A stretch of 64,000 nt of DNA. It comes from Heterodontus francisci (lineage: Eukaryota). Position numbers and translations under genes: made by a program. Within the stretch, counting starts at the first letter, position 1; each line of letters opens with the position of its first letter. A model generated the notes under the pieces. It did no database searches. It was given only the letters and a program-made list of their open reading frames with translations, and was not told the origin of the DNA. Positions 24,440 to 37,169 of this stretch are shown here, piece after piece. Where the stretch lies: contig NC_090397.1 in the NCBI RefSeq assembly GCF_036365525.1, positions 13,252,289-13,316,288 on the forward strand, written 5' to 3'.

Positions 24440-25351
24440 AGGACTTGTGTTAAAACTGAAAAGATTCCATGGATATGTTTTTTTTACCAAGTTCACCGAA
24501 AGGACACGAGATTTTTTCTGGAAGTCATGTGCTTCGGTCTCAGTAAACAACAGAACCCTTGGTGACTTGGGGAAAAATGGTTACAGAGAAGCCACATGTC
24601 AAGGTTTATGGAGGTCAGGAGGTCAACTCTCTGTTTGGAGTTTGGACATTGTTTTCAGTTTAGTTGGATGTGAACTGTTTGAAGACAGTTGGTATTTTTC
24701 CTGTCAAGGAAAAAGCAACCACCCAACTCACCTCTTTCTCTACCTCTTTGAAGAAACCCTGCTAAGATCCAGTGTGGGACAGCTAAAATCCCTGGTTCTG
24801 CATATCTTCTGAGAAGCTGGTAAAAAAAATCCTGCGATTCAAGTGTGCGCTGGTAGAATAATTCTCAACATCTCCAGAGCAGACTGCTTCTACAATGATC
24901 CCAGTGACCCATCTCCGTATACCCGGATGCCAGACCAAAAAAAGGAACAACTGACATTCTTCCATATCTTTTTTTTTTAAATCAAGAATTAGCAAGTATT
25001 TGGTCACAGTAGTCTTTTTTGTCATTTTTTGCAACAGACCACGGCAGAGAGAATTTCTGTATTTTTTCCAGTGTGTGTGTGAGTGTAATTGGGGAATTTA
25101 AAAGGGGAACTTTCATATTTCAATCTGTGTTTTAATGCTTTGCTTTGTTACTGGTTAAGTCTTGTTTCATAATAAACTGATAATTTTGTTGTTTATTAAA
25201 GAAACCTGGTTGGTGTATTTTGTTCTGGGATATAAAATAGAGTACATGATTGGCTGTATTGGTAACCGGGTAAACATTTAAATATATGTTGTGACCTGTG
25301 GAGAAGTGGAACTAGAAAAGGCAGTGCATTCCTCCCGCCTCAGTTGTAACA
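24440..25351. mobile_element. Second LTR-like element, left end uncertain
   Basis: Ends …GTTGTAACA, contains AATAAA and a TG-rich tract; CR1 resumes after it. Confidence 0.55.
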
Positions 25352-25617
25352 CAAAACTCATTTCAACCTTCTCTTCTCTAAGGAGAACATCCCCAGCTTC
25401 TCCAATCCATCCATGTAACTGAAGTCCCACATCCCTGGAACCATTCTCGTAAATCTTTTCCGTGCTCTCTCTAATGCCTTCACATCCTTCCAAAAGTGTG
25501 ATGCCTAGAATTGGACACAATATTCCAGTTGAGGTTGAACCAGTGTTTTATAAAGGTTCAACAAAACTTCCTTGCTTCTGTACTCTATATCTCCATTTAT
25601 AAAGTCCAGGATCCCAT

Positions 25618-25748
25618 TAACTCTAACATGAGGTCTTACTGTAAGCAGCCATTGTTTAACTTTATACCTCCCCAAAACAGAGGGCAGCAGAGAGGGCAGT
25701 ATACAAAATGCTCAATATACAAAATGCTCATCTATTACATATATCACA
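25618..25748 (-). repeat. 3' LTR of the Gypsy element (outer ~14 bp missing)
   Basis: tctaacatgaggtct…caaaatgctca…ttacatatatcaca shared with 32498-32634; abuts the polypurine tract (ctccctccccactt on + strand). Confidence 0.85.
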
Positions 25749-26780
25749 CTCCCTCCCCACTTAAAAAAAAACATTAAAATGTATAATGGTACATGTACGT
25801 AATTTCCAAAAATACAATAGCTGAAATTTAACTGGATTGCATGCTTTTTACTGTAATCACAACTAAAACATATATGATCAATATTTCCAGAGTAATTTAC
25901 GTTACATACTTTTAATGAACCTATCTGGCTTCTTTCTCTTTCTGTCTGGGTATTTTCTTCCATTTCCATCAGCTTGGCTCTGCTCTCCCAACATCTCAGA
26001 CTGTGTCGACCCTGAACTTTGACTTTGACTACCAACAACATTTAATGGTTGGGACTGTGAAATTGATTGATTAGTCGTAACCAAAGACCCTGCTCTACTG
26101 GTGTATTCTGTGATATCGGCAAACTTTCAGTTTCTTTTTGACTTGCGCTTTCTAACTTTCACTTGGGAATATAGGAATGTTTTCCCTTTGTCAGATTTCC
26201 TCTTTCAAGCAAATGATTTACATGACCTGATGGAGTCGCTTTCCAACCTTCACTAGATATCTGAATGCACCTAGTCTTTTTACAACAGCTGCAAACACAT
26301 ACTTCTCATTATCACCTCGGTAGTTTTCCATCATGACCTGCTGACCAGCACTAAACTCTCTAAGTTTCATACCTTGTGTACCATGACTCATCTTCACTCT
26401 GTCTTGCTTTTCTCATATTTTGCTATTTTTGTCAGACGTAAGCAAACTAAACCTTGTCCTAGGAGCATGTTTAAACACTAACTCATAAGGTGAGCAACCT
26501 GTTGTAGGCTATGGGCTTATTCTGTAAAGAACAGAAAATTGGCTGGCATGTGTTGAAGAGAAACATGGAAATTACTGCCTAGCTTCTCACCTAACAAACA
26601 CTTCTGCAAAGACCTCTTCACAATTTGTACACTTTTTTCTGCAGCACCATTTGATGTTGGGTGATATTGTGGTATTTCAAACACTTCTGATGCAAACTGT
26701 GGACCATTATCTGACACCAAGCCAAAAATTGCAAACCAACTTCTCAAAACCTCAATAGTTTTGGCACTTGTGGTATTGGG

Positions 26781-27752
26781 CATAGGTTTAAGTGCTGGGA
26801 CCACTGTTTTTTTGCTAGATATAAATGACTTGGATCTTTGAATACAGAGTAGAATCTCAAAATTTGCCAATGATACTAAACTTGGAGGTGTGGCAACCCG
26901 TGAGGATGATATGAACCACCTGTAACAGGACATAGATAGGCTAGCAGGTGGCAGATGGAATTTAATACAAACAAGTGTGACATGATGCATTTTGGCAGAA
27001 GGAATAGGGAGAGGCAATGTATACTTAATGGCACAGTCCTAAAGAGGGTGCAGGGACCTGGGAGTACATGTGTATCCATCTTTGAAGGTAGCAGGACAAA
27101 CTGAGAGAGTGGTTAGTAAAGTATATGGGATCTTGGGCTTCATAAACTGAGCATTGAGTACAAAAGCAGGGAAGCTATGCTAAACTTTTATAAAGCTCTG
27201 GTTAGGTCCCAACTGGAATATTGTGTCCAGTGCTGCTCACCACACTTCAGGAAGGATGTGAGAGTCCTTGACAGGTGTAGAGGAGATTTACCAGAATGGT
27301 TCCAGGGATGGGCAATTTTTGGTACAAGGTTAGGTTGGAAAAACTGGGGTTGTTGTCCTTAGAACAAAGGAGATTGAGAGGAGATTTAAAAGAAATGTAC
27401 AAGATTATGACAGGCTTAGATATGTTAGACCAGGAGAAACTGTTCCTATTCAGTAATGGTACAAGGACTAGGGGATACAGATTGATGATTTTGGGCAGAG
27501 ATGCAGGGGTAATATGAGGAAGAACCTTTTTACGCAGCAGGTAATGACCTGGAACTTGCTGACCACAGAGTGTTGGAAGCAGGGGACCATCAATGACTTC
27601 AGAAGGAAATTGGATGGCCACTTGAAGGAAATAGACTTGCAGGGCTATGGGGATCAAGTTGGGGAGTGGGACTCACTGAAGTGCTCCGTGGAGAGCCGGC
27701 ATGGACTCGCTGGGCCGAATGACCTCCTTCTGTGCTGTATGTGACTCCATGA
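26781..27752 (+). mobile_element. CR1 3' fragment inserted in the Gypsy integrase
   Basis: ALVRSQLEYCVQ and RRLRGDL motifs with a (ATGACTCC/T)n-like tail. Confidence 0.9.
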
Positions 27753-28618
27753 CTGTATGTTATAGCTGTTGACCAAAACAAAATACTCTTTCCCGTCCAC
27801 TTCAAAGAAATTGACCTACTGGATTTCACCGAGCTCGTGACGTTGGGCTCTGTGGCAGGGGAGCGGGTGGTGCTGGAAGATCATGCTGGCAGAGGCCTGC
27901 CACGGAGCCCGACGCCAGGAAGGCCGGGCCCAATCCTGCCGGCAGCAGCGAGGTTCCGTGGTGCACCCCCCCCCACCCCCCCACCGCTGGGCAACGGGAC
28001 CTGCAACTAAATATGAAAATGAGTAAAATGAAAACATTAACATGCATTTACCTGGGGTCTGACGGACCCCCCGCCGCAATTTTCAGAACGGCGGCCGGCA
28101 CTCCCGTGCCTTCACTTCCCCATCTGAGGAAAGCTGGCATGATGCTGGTGGGGAGGGGGTTGGGAAGTTAAGATTTTTAGTCAGCGTGAGGGGAATGGGG
28201 TCAGAAATAAGCGTCATGAGTGTGGGGGATGGTGGCAACGGGTGAACTTTAAACTTTGTACAGTATTGGGGAGAAGGTCATATTTCAAAGGTAAGTGTTT
28301 TGGTGTGAAGGGCAAATACTTAATGTTGTTGGTATTGGGGGGGGGGGTGGAAAAGGGTGATTGAATTTTTATTGCAAAAGTGCGGTGGTGGGGGGTGGGG
28401 GTGGCATGACTTTAAAAATTTAAATTCACTAGCAGGGCTGGCTGCCTTTTATAAATGGTGCCAGCGCCTGCACACACAGGTAGCTGACACCATTGCTGAC
28501 ATCAGACAGCCCACCCCCTCCACGTGATTGGGGGGTTGCATGCCAACCTAGGTATTTAAATAAGCCGCCATGCGATAGATCATGGGAACTCAACGGCGCG
28601 CGGCCTGCATGTGCGGGC

Positions 28619-31266
28619 TGTTAGAGAAACTTCCAAGCCTGTTTGTGAAGAAGACACTGAGACTAGGATGCTTTGGTGGAGACTTTTTTTTTTATTTCCA
28701 AAATATACTTTATTCATAAAAATCTGTAAAAAAATACATTACAAAACAGTTCCAAAAAACACCAAGTCAAACAATATGAAGAGTGCAAAGGAGATCAGTT
28801 CCCTTCAAGACACGAGCGAGTTGCCTCACAACCCTTCCATTTCATTTTATATGCCATGTACATTTTACAGCAAACAAATATTTTCTGGATACCGTTCGAG
28901 GGGTTTCCCATGGATCCAGCCCCTCAGTTCACCTTGGTGGGGGGACCTTACACATTGGTCTTTCCCCATTGAGCCTTTGCCGCGGCTGCCCCAAGTTTTA
29001 GTGTGTCCCTCAGCACGTAGTCCTGGACCTTGGAATGTGCCAGTCTGCAACATTCAATCGTGGACAACTCTTTGCGCTGGAAGACCAGGAAGTTTCGGGC
29101 AGACCAAAGGGTGCCTTTCACCGAATTGATAGTCCTCCAGCAGCAGTTGATGTTTATCTCGGTGTGCGTCCCTGGGAACAGCCCGTAGAGCACAGACTCC
29201 TGTGTTACAGAGCTCTTTGGGATGAACCTTGACAAAAACCACTGCATTTCTTTCCACACCTGCTTTGCAAAGACACATTCCAGAAGGAGGTGGGCAACTG
29301 TCTCTTCCCCACCACAGCCACCTCAAGGGCATTGTGCGGAGGGGATGAGACTTCGGGCGTGCAGAAGGGATCTGACGGGGAGGGCTCTTCTCACCACCAG
29401 TCTTGGTGCTTGTTTAAAAGTTCTGGTGATGAGACATTGTGCCAAATGACTTTGGCAGTCTGCTCGGGGAACCATCCGACAGGATCCACCATCTCCTTTT
29501 CCCGTGGGGCCTTAAGAACATTCCGTGCAGACCACTGCCTGATGGATTGGTGGTCAAAGGTGTTTTTCCGCAGAAACTTTCCCACGAAAGATAGGTGGCA
29601 CGGCACGGTCCAACTTGATGAAGCGCTACACAGCAATGTGACCAGACTCATCCTTCGCAACACCGGGGACAGATAGAACCTCAGCACATAGTGACACTTG
29701 GAGTTTGCGTACTGGGGATCTACACACAGCTTGATGCAGCCGCACACGAAGGTGGGTCATCAGGATGAGGGCGACGTTGGGTACATTTTTCCCGCCCTTA
29801 TCCAGAGGTTTGAACATCATGTCCCTCCGGACTCGGTCCATTTTGGATCCCCAGATGAAACGGAAAATGGCTCGGGTGACCGCCACAGCGCAGGAGTGGG
29901 GTATGGGCCAGACCTGCGCCATGTACAGCAACAACGTGAGCGCCTCGCACCTGATGACCAGGTTCTTACCCATAATGGATAGAGATCGCTGCTCTTACAT
30001 GCTCAGCTCATGTTGTACCTTGGCTACTCATTCTTTCCAGGGTTTGATCCACGCCCCGGCCCTTCCGAACCATATCCCCAGCACCTTCAGGTAGTCTGAC
30101 CTAACGGTGAAGTGGACAAAGGATCGGTCAGCCCAGTTCCCAAAGAACATGGCCTCACTCTTGCCATGGTTAACTTTGGCTCCCAAGGCCAGTTCGAACT
30201 GGTCGCAGATGCTCATCAGTCTGCGCACAGACAGCGGGTCCGAGCAGAAGACAGCAACATCATCCATGTGCAGAGAGGTTTTAACCTGAGTGCTTCCACT
30301 GCCTGGGATTGTCACCCCTCTTATGCACGCATCCTTCCTAATAGACTCAGCAAAGGGTTCAATACAGCAAACAAACAGGACAGGGGAGAGAGGACAACCC
30401 TGTCTGACTCCAGATTGGATCAGGAAACTTTCTGATTCCCACCCATTGATTGAGACTGCGCTACTGATGTTTGTGTAGAGCAGTTTGATCCAATTGCAGA
30501 TTCCCTCCCCAAACCCCATTTTGGAGAGCACGTCCATCATGTAGGTGTGCGATATCCTGTCAAAAGTCTTCTCCTGGTCCAGGCTGATGAGGCAGGTGTC
30601 CACCCTCCTCTCCCGTACATAGGCGATCGTATCCCTGAGTAGCGCGAGACTATCAGAGATCTTCCTGCCGGGTACAGTACAGGTCTGATCAAGGTGAATC
30701 ACCAACTCTAGAGCAGACTTGACTCGACTGGCTATGACTTTTGACAGAATCTTGTAGTCAACATTAAGCAGTGAGATGGGCTGCCAATTTCTGATTTCTG
30801 CCCTCTCCCCCTTCCGCTTGTAGATGAGGGTGATGATGCCTTTCCTCATGGATTCTGATATGCTGCCGACCAGAAGCATACTCTCATATACTTCCAGCAG
30901 GTCTGGGCTGACCCAGTCCCACAGGGCCGAATACAACTGAACCAGTAAGCCATCGCTTCCGGGAGTTTTACTCGTCTCAAAGGACTTGACGGCCTTTGTC
31001 AGCTCATCCAGAGTTAGCGGCTTGTCCAGTCTCTCCCTCATGCTGTCATCTAAGACCTCTGTGATAGATGACAGGAAGGACTGGGAGGCTCTGCTGTCTG
31101 TGGGCTTCGCGTCTGTTTATTGCTTGCCACAGAACTTACTTGTCCACTCCTAACCACAGCCAGCCAATGCTGGCTGGCTCTTTATATATACACATTTGAG
31201 TACAGCTAACTAATCAACACCCAACATCTGTTCACCCTATTACCTTCAACTACTAGGTATTTAACA
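28619..31266. mobile_element. Probable short solo LTR split by the Tx1 insertion
   Basis: Begins TGTTAG at 28619, is interrupted at ~28684, resumes at ~31114 and ends TTTAACA at 31266; no TSD found. Confidence 0.45.
28684..31113 (-). mobile_element. Tx1/L1-clade LINE, 5'-truncated
   Basis: 337-aa RT ORF (ISLLNVDYKIL, SLDQEKTFD, GVRQGCPLSP), C-terminal Cys/His region, poly(A) tail seen as a T run at ~28684-28693. Confidence 0.92.
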
Positions 31267-32009
31267 TCCATTAACTGAACTTATGAGGCACTAATGGGGG
31301 CAGCCATTTTTTTTGCCTGTCGTTGGGAGCGGGAGGGGCAGGGGTGGTTCTTACTATCCAATCCCTTGTGTTTGACCATGGAATGAAAGGAACCTTGGTT
31401 GGATCATTTCTCATTCTGAGGCACACTTCACAACGTTTCACCAACTCTTCAATCTCTCTATCTACCTTTGGATACCAAAAATATCTTCTAGCTACTGCTT
31501 TCATAAGGACTATCCCTGTGTGCTCTTGATGAAGTTCCTCCAACAATCTCTCTCTAAACCTGGGCACAATAATGACTCTTAAATCCCATAGGAGACAATC
31601 TTGATCTACAGTCAGTTCATTTCGACACGTGAAAAACTCCTGCAATTTCTCATCATTCGCATTCTTTAGACCAGCCATTCATGACATAATTGAGTACTGA
31701 GCACCACATCCTTACGAGTTTCTTCAGAAATTTCTCTGGCACACACTGGCATGTCATTTGTGTATGGAAAGTAATTCACAGATAACTCATTGGCTAAGAA
31801 TGAATCAGTCTTACAGGAAATCTTGAAAGAACGTCCGCATTTGCAGGATCTGCTGACTTATGATATTTAATATCGATCTGATAGGCCATCAAAATCAATA
31901 CCCATCTCCGAAGCCATGCTGTCGCTAGAGATGATTACTCTTCTTTCAACCACATACGATCATAAAGTCTTGGTGGTCAGCTAACAAAGTGAATGTCCTA
32001 CTGTACAGT

Positions 32010-32480
32010 AGGCTCAGGAGGGGCAGGTGGGTTGCGGCCTAGGGCGGGGGCAACAAGGAACAATGAGGCGGCCAATAGATTAAATCCCGGAGTGCAGTCA
32101 GGAGCCTGTGGTGTGAGCGGTGGATACTAGTAATCTCGGTGCCTGGATTAGGGTGTGGTATTTGTGAACATGCCCACCCTCACATGGCAGGATCTCAATT
32201 TTAGACAAGTGGTTGCAGATGTACTGTGTGAATTTCTAGAAGTGGCTATTCACATGATCCTGTACAACCAAGAGGTTTATCTGAACGGAATCATTCAGAA
32301 GAGGAAGAATACAACGTATCTGTCCAAATGTTGTGTCACCCGGAGCTTAACCAGTATATCCGGTACACACTGCAGTGCAACAAACCTCTGATTGTGAAGA
32401 ATGAGGTGGATCGGGTGGTGGCAGTGATCCTGGATAAAGAGCATCATCCTGTGGAGCGTTTTGTCTTTGAGATATCCCAT
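32010..32480 (+). pseudogene. MAD2L2: Processed, 3'-truncated MAD2L2 (REV7) pseudogene with upstream leader
   Basis: ATG at 32170: [32 protein letters not shown]…QKRK, 1-bp frameshift near 32308, then YNV…CHPELNQYI…[18 protein letters not shown]. Matches the first ~100 aa of the REV7 HORMA domain with no introns. Confidence 0.93.
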
Positions 32481-32491
32481 CCTCATCACCA
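32474..32491 (-). promoter_or_regulatory. Primer-binding site (tRNA-Ser GCT)
   Basis: + strand ATCCCATCCTCATCACCA equals the tRNA-Ser(GCT) 3' 18-mer ATCCCATCCTCGTCGCCA (recalled) with two CpG-type G>A changes; 6 bp from the LTR end. Confidence 0.8.
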
Positions 32492-32497
32492 TCTTTC

Positions 32498-32634
32498 TGT
32501 TGTATATTCACTAAGTCTAACATGAGGTCTTTCTGTAAGTAACCATTGTTGAACTTTATTTACACCTCCCCAGTGGAGAGGGCAGTACACAAAATGCTCA
32601 ACATACAAAATGCTCAGCTATTACATATATCACA
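32498..32634 (-). repeat. 5' LTR of the Gypsy element
   Basis: TGTTGTATAT…ATATATCACA terminal inverted ends; homologous to 25618-25748; adjacent to the PBS. Confidence 0.85.
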
Positions 32635-32823
32635 CCTGTATGCTTTATTAATTGCCTTTTCAACTTTGTGCAAAAGACATGCTAAAAGAAAATTCTGCAA
32701 GACTGGGTTTAGCACATTGCCGTTTCAGCGCAAAACTTCTATGTTCAAATTCAGCCCATACCAGTGGAATTAATGCCTTGCCTCCCTATCAGCTGGGACG
32801 GTCCTGTGACAAAGTGAGACGAG

Positions 32824-33521
32824 GGGCTGGATTTTACGACGGAATTCGCGTTCCCAACGGCAGGTCCAAGTGGGGGCCCCGAGCCCACACTTGCCGGAAG
32901 CACGCCCACTGGCGCAATCATCCTGGGGGCAGCCCCCTAATTGGCCATCTCTGCATTTGCTGTCCTATTAAGGACAGTGGGCAGGCTCTTGATGCTGTCT
33001 GCCCAACCAGAGGAGAGAGATGGGTGCTGCTGAGGCAGGTCGCGGACGGCAAGGGCACCTCAACATTGAGGTGCTCTCGGAGGCATTCATGAAGTTAAAA
33101 ACTGAGGAGGATCAAAGCCAATAAGGACCCTTGGAATGGAGGGGAAACCCCTCCACAAGGATTGGTTTGGGCCGCCAGTGCAACCTTTCATTCCCGCAGC
33201 CCCATCATTGGGACACAGAGCTTCCGGTTCCAAAGACCCTTCCCCTCCATTGAGATAGCGGTCTCCATGTGTCAGGGGTAGGGCCACTCTGCTGGCAGCA
33301 AAATGTCAGCGACGCCACAAAATTGCCCCTAATTGGGGCCTTACTCATCTTAATTGGCTGCTTGCCTGCATTGTGTCGTCAGCTGATCCAGTCCCCTGCC
33401 CACCCCTGGGAAACTTCCAAGCGGGAATGGTGTTGGGAAGTTGTCCTGACATGGCTCAGCTGCATTTTCCCATCCTTGCCACCTCCAACCCCACCTCCAC
33501 AGCGCCGGGCAAATCCAGCCC
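32824..33521. mobile_element. TIR-bounded non-autonomous DNA element (Harbinger-like ends)
   Basis: Perfect 11-bp TIR GGGCTGGATTT/AAATCCAGCCC with a GC-rich interior. Confidence 0.7.
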
Positions 33522-34917
33522 TAACTGTGGGACCCACGGCATTAAATTGGTATTAACCAACGTTCATGCTCAGATGTCACAGGGAGGACTGGTGTGGGAT
33601 ATGGAAAATGTTCCATTGGTGCTGTTAGAGGCTTTAATTAAGGTAAAATGTGGGCACACAGCAGAGAAGGTTTTAGCCTGCAACTGGCTGTGGGGTGCCT
33701 GGTGTGAAAGTATTTGATACTTACTGCCTGAAATGACAGTGTTCGATTGGTCAAACATGAAAAGTTATCAGATTTTTATATAAAATAAGTTGGTGTTGCC
33801 GAGATGTGCCTCAGCCGTACAGAGGAATTTTTTGCACTTTCTCTCTTATGAGTTGTATGGGTCTGGAAATTAGTTCCATGTTAAAAATCCTGCAAGCGCC
33901 TCATGTGATTTTTCTTTGTTTGAAATGAGCTTCAAATGTAAAAAGACCTCACCAATAGTTTTTGTAATCATCATATCTTTTGTGTGAAAATCACCCTCTG
34001 AATAACTGCAAAAGCAACTTTGTGTTAGTTTGCCACATCTAGATTTCTTTATCTCTTTTAAGATAGGATTTCCTGCACAGTCCCTGATCGCTGCCCATAC
34101 CCCTCACCTCTTTGCCTCATATACCATTCCTAAATTGAAAGAGGGAGAGAAAGGACTGATCAGGGCCCTGTCTGAGAGCCTTCGATCCAGTCCCTTGGTT
34201 GATCTACAGATTTTCCTATCTTTGCTAAGATCAGGGATATGCCATGTGAGGAACAGCTGGCATCGACCTGCATCCTATTCCTCGGTGGCATAGCGCATTG
34301 AGCCTGATGCCCATGCCCCATTACAACATATTAACTTTACTGGGCACCATACCTCGGGAAGGATATATTGACCTTGGAGGAGGTGCAGTACAGATTCACC
34401 AGAATGTTACAGGAGCTAAAATGGTAAAATTATAAGGAAAGTTGTTCAGACTAGGCTTGTATTTCATTGAGTAGAGGAGATTAAGTGGTGATCTGATCAA
34501 GGTGTTTAAGATGATTGAAGGATCTGATAGGGTAGATAGACAGAAACTATTTCCTCCAGTGGGGGAGTCCAGAACAAGGGGGCAAAACCTTAAAATTAGA
34601 GTTGGGCCATTCAGGTTTGGTGTCAGGCAGGACACTCTTCACACAAACAGTAGTGGAAACCTGGAACTGTCTCTGTTGAGCTGTTGAGGCTTCAGAACTG
34701 AGACTGATAGATTTTTGTTAGGCAAGTGTATCAAGAGATATGGAATCAAGGCGGGTGAATAGAGTTAAGATACAGTTCAGCCATGATCTAATTCAGTGGC
34801 AGAACAGACTCAAGGGGCTGAATGGCCCCCTCCTGTTTCTATGTTCCTTTCTACTTCTATGTGTTTTAGCAATGTCTCATTATAATCTTCTCACATTCTT
34901 CCCATTCTTTCTTACAG

Positions 34918-35009
34918 GCGCCCTAAACTCCAGATCGAACACTTCAAACCAGTGCAGGAAAAACTCTTGCGACAAAAATGACAAAAAATCGTCAACATGC
35001 TCTACGGCA
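34918..35009 (+). CDS. LMNTD1: LMNTD1 penultimate coding exon
   Basis: Strong polypyrimidine tract and acag| (phase 1), GALNSRSNTSNQCRKNSCDKNDKKSSTCSTA, |gtaagc (phase 0). Confidence 0.7.
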
Positions 35010-37169
35010 GTAAGCAAACTAACAAATTACTAACTCTTGCCAAAGGGGAGGGTATTTTTGACATAAAGCCACAACATTAAACCATAACTACCACATTAAC
35101 AAAAGTTATATTCTTCTTCATTTACAATCATAAAATTGCTCTAATTCAAAGGGATAATCACCTGGCACTCTACCATTTAAGAACTTTGTCCCCTTGCTGC
35201 TGAGGTGATCTTCTCCCATACTAAAAGAGAAGGCCCTTGTTCTTGGGTGGAACCAAATATGGAAAAATATTTGACCAAACATTTATTGGTCACTGTTTGC
35301 TGGAAAACCAGTCAGACCCTTTCATCAGGTCTGTGGAATTTACAGAAAAGGAGGCTGCTGCTTTTAGAATTCATGTCAAGTTGCCATGACACTTATCTTC
35401 CTTCATTTCAAACTGATGCTTGCTCCAGATTCAGCTTAAGGGCTCAATGCTGGCTCAATGTTGGAAGCAGGCCATACTAAATGATGTTGATTCTTCTTGG
35501 CAAAGACATGGCCTCAGGTCCAGAAGTAGCTTCACCTCCCAAATCAAAGAATCAAGCATTGGTAGGTAACATTCAAAAGACCACACTCTCAAAGGTGGGC
35601 CAGTCAACACATACTCAGGACTGGCTGACATGGATAAGGAGATGGCATAGAGAGTCTCAAGGTCTCTTATTTCCTCCCCCAACATTGGTCTCAATTTGGG
35701 CCAACCTTTGTGTTCAAACTCCAGCCTGGTATTGACCAATGTCAGTACAGGTCAAGTGACTAGAATGTCCAGGTTAGTAACTGGAATTCACTTGTCCCAT
35801 CCTCTGGCACTGCCAAAATCAATAATCTTCCCCTCAGAATAGGTGACAAGCCAGGTTGACTCTAACACCAAACTCCAAAAAGATGTGCCCCAAATATATG
35901 TTCTTCACACACATGTTGATGGTAGAACTATTGTGCCATATCGATGAGCCAATAGGGTAGTTCTCAAGATCAATACTGTTTCTGATCCTCCTTTTCTTCT
36001 GGAAATTGCAATGCAAAATGAAACAAAAATCCACGTCCTACCACAATTATCTTCCTTCCTTTTCTGCTCCATGTGTTGACTCTTTCTGGTATTGCCAATC
36101 AGAAGCAAGAACCTTCATTGATTAACTCACTCTGTCCCAGGGATGCTGCATCCAATGGCAATTCCTAACTCCCAGATAAACTAATTTAACAGAGACCAGA
36201 AATCGATCCCGGGACCTCCTGATCTGCACACTGTAAAGTTTTATCCAGCACCTCACATTTCATTCACTGCAATGAACCATTGTTCTAGACTGTCTTGTTC
36301 AAATCAAAAGATCACTCTTGATATAAAGCTTGTATAAGGCTCTGGCTAGAAGCATCGGAAGTACTGCATTCAGTACTGGACCCCACTCCTCAGGAAGGAC
36401 ATATTGACCTTGGAGGATATACAGTGCAGATTCACCAAAATGATACAGGAGCTAAAAAGGTTAAATTATGAGGACAGGTTCCATAGACTAGGCTTATATT
36501 CCCATATATAGAAGCCTAAGGGTTGATCCAATTGAAGTGTTTAAGATGACTGGAGAATTTGATAGGGTGATAGAAAGAAAATATTTCCTCTGCCAGGGGG
36601 GTTCAGAACAAGGAGACACAACCTTAAATTGGAGTTAGGTCGTTCAGGGGTGATGTTGGGAAGCACTGCTTCACACAAAGGGTAGTGGAAATCTGGAGCT
36701 TTCCCCAAACACATTATCAAAAAGCTGTTGAGGCTGTGGGGTGGTGTTGGGCCAATAAAAATTTTCAAACTGAGACAGATAGATTTTTTGTTGGGTGAGG
36801 ATAGTAAGGCAGGTAAATGGTGTTAAGATACAGATCATGATCGAATTGAATGGCGAATTGTGAATTCATCACAATTGGGATATTCCTGTAGTTGAGCTTG
36901 TTTGCAGGCCTTCAGGAGGCTTTAAAAATTCTGAGTTCTGAAGAAGAGTCATATCTAACTCCAAACGTTAACTCTGTTTCTCTCTCCATAGATGCTGCCA
37001 GACCTGCTGAGTATTTCCAGCGCTTTGTTTTTATTTCAGATTTCCAGCATCTGCAGTGTTTTGCTTTTTAAAAAAAATTAAGTTGGTTCTTTTGGGTACA
37101 AGGACACTAAAATACATTTTAAAAGCTTTTAAATGTGATTTTTTAAATTTAATTCACTAAGAAATTGAC

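Larger units (their letters stand above)
25618..32634 (-). mobile_element. Decayed Gypsy/Ty3 LTR retrotransposon carrying the MAD2L2 retrocopy and nested insertions
   Basis: Two similar LTRs (25618-25748, 32498-32634), PPT at 25749-25763, PBS at 32474-32491, RNase H remnant (YLYSRTFTLLADH near 32000), integrase Zn-finger region (ORF 31271-31678) and integrase core (VSDNGPQF…YHPTSNGAAE, 26517-26780). Confidence 0.88.

Noticed and set aside
32155-32525. Functional MAD2L2 gene
   Set aside because: Frameshift, loss of the C-terminal half, no introns, and embedded in a Gypsy element.
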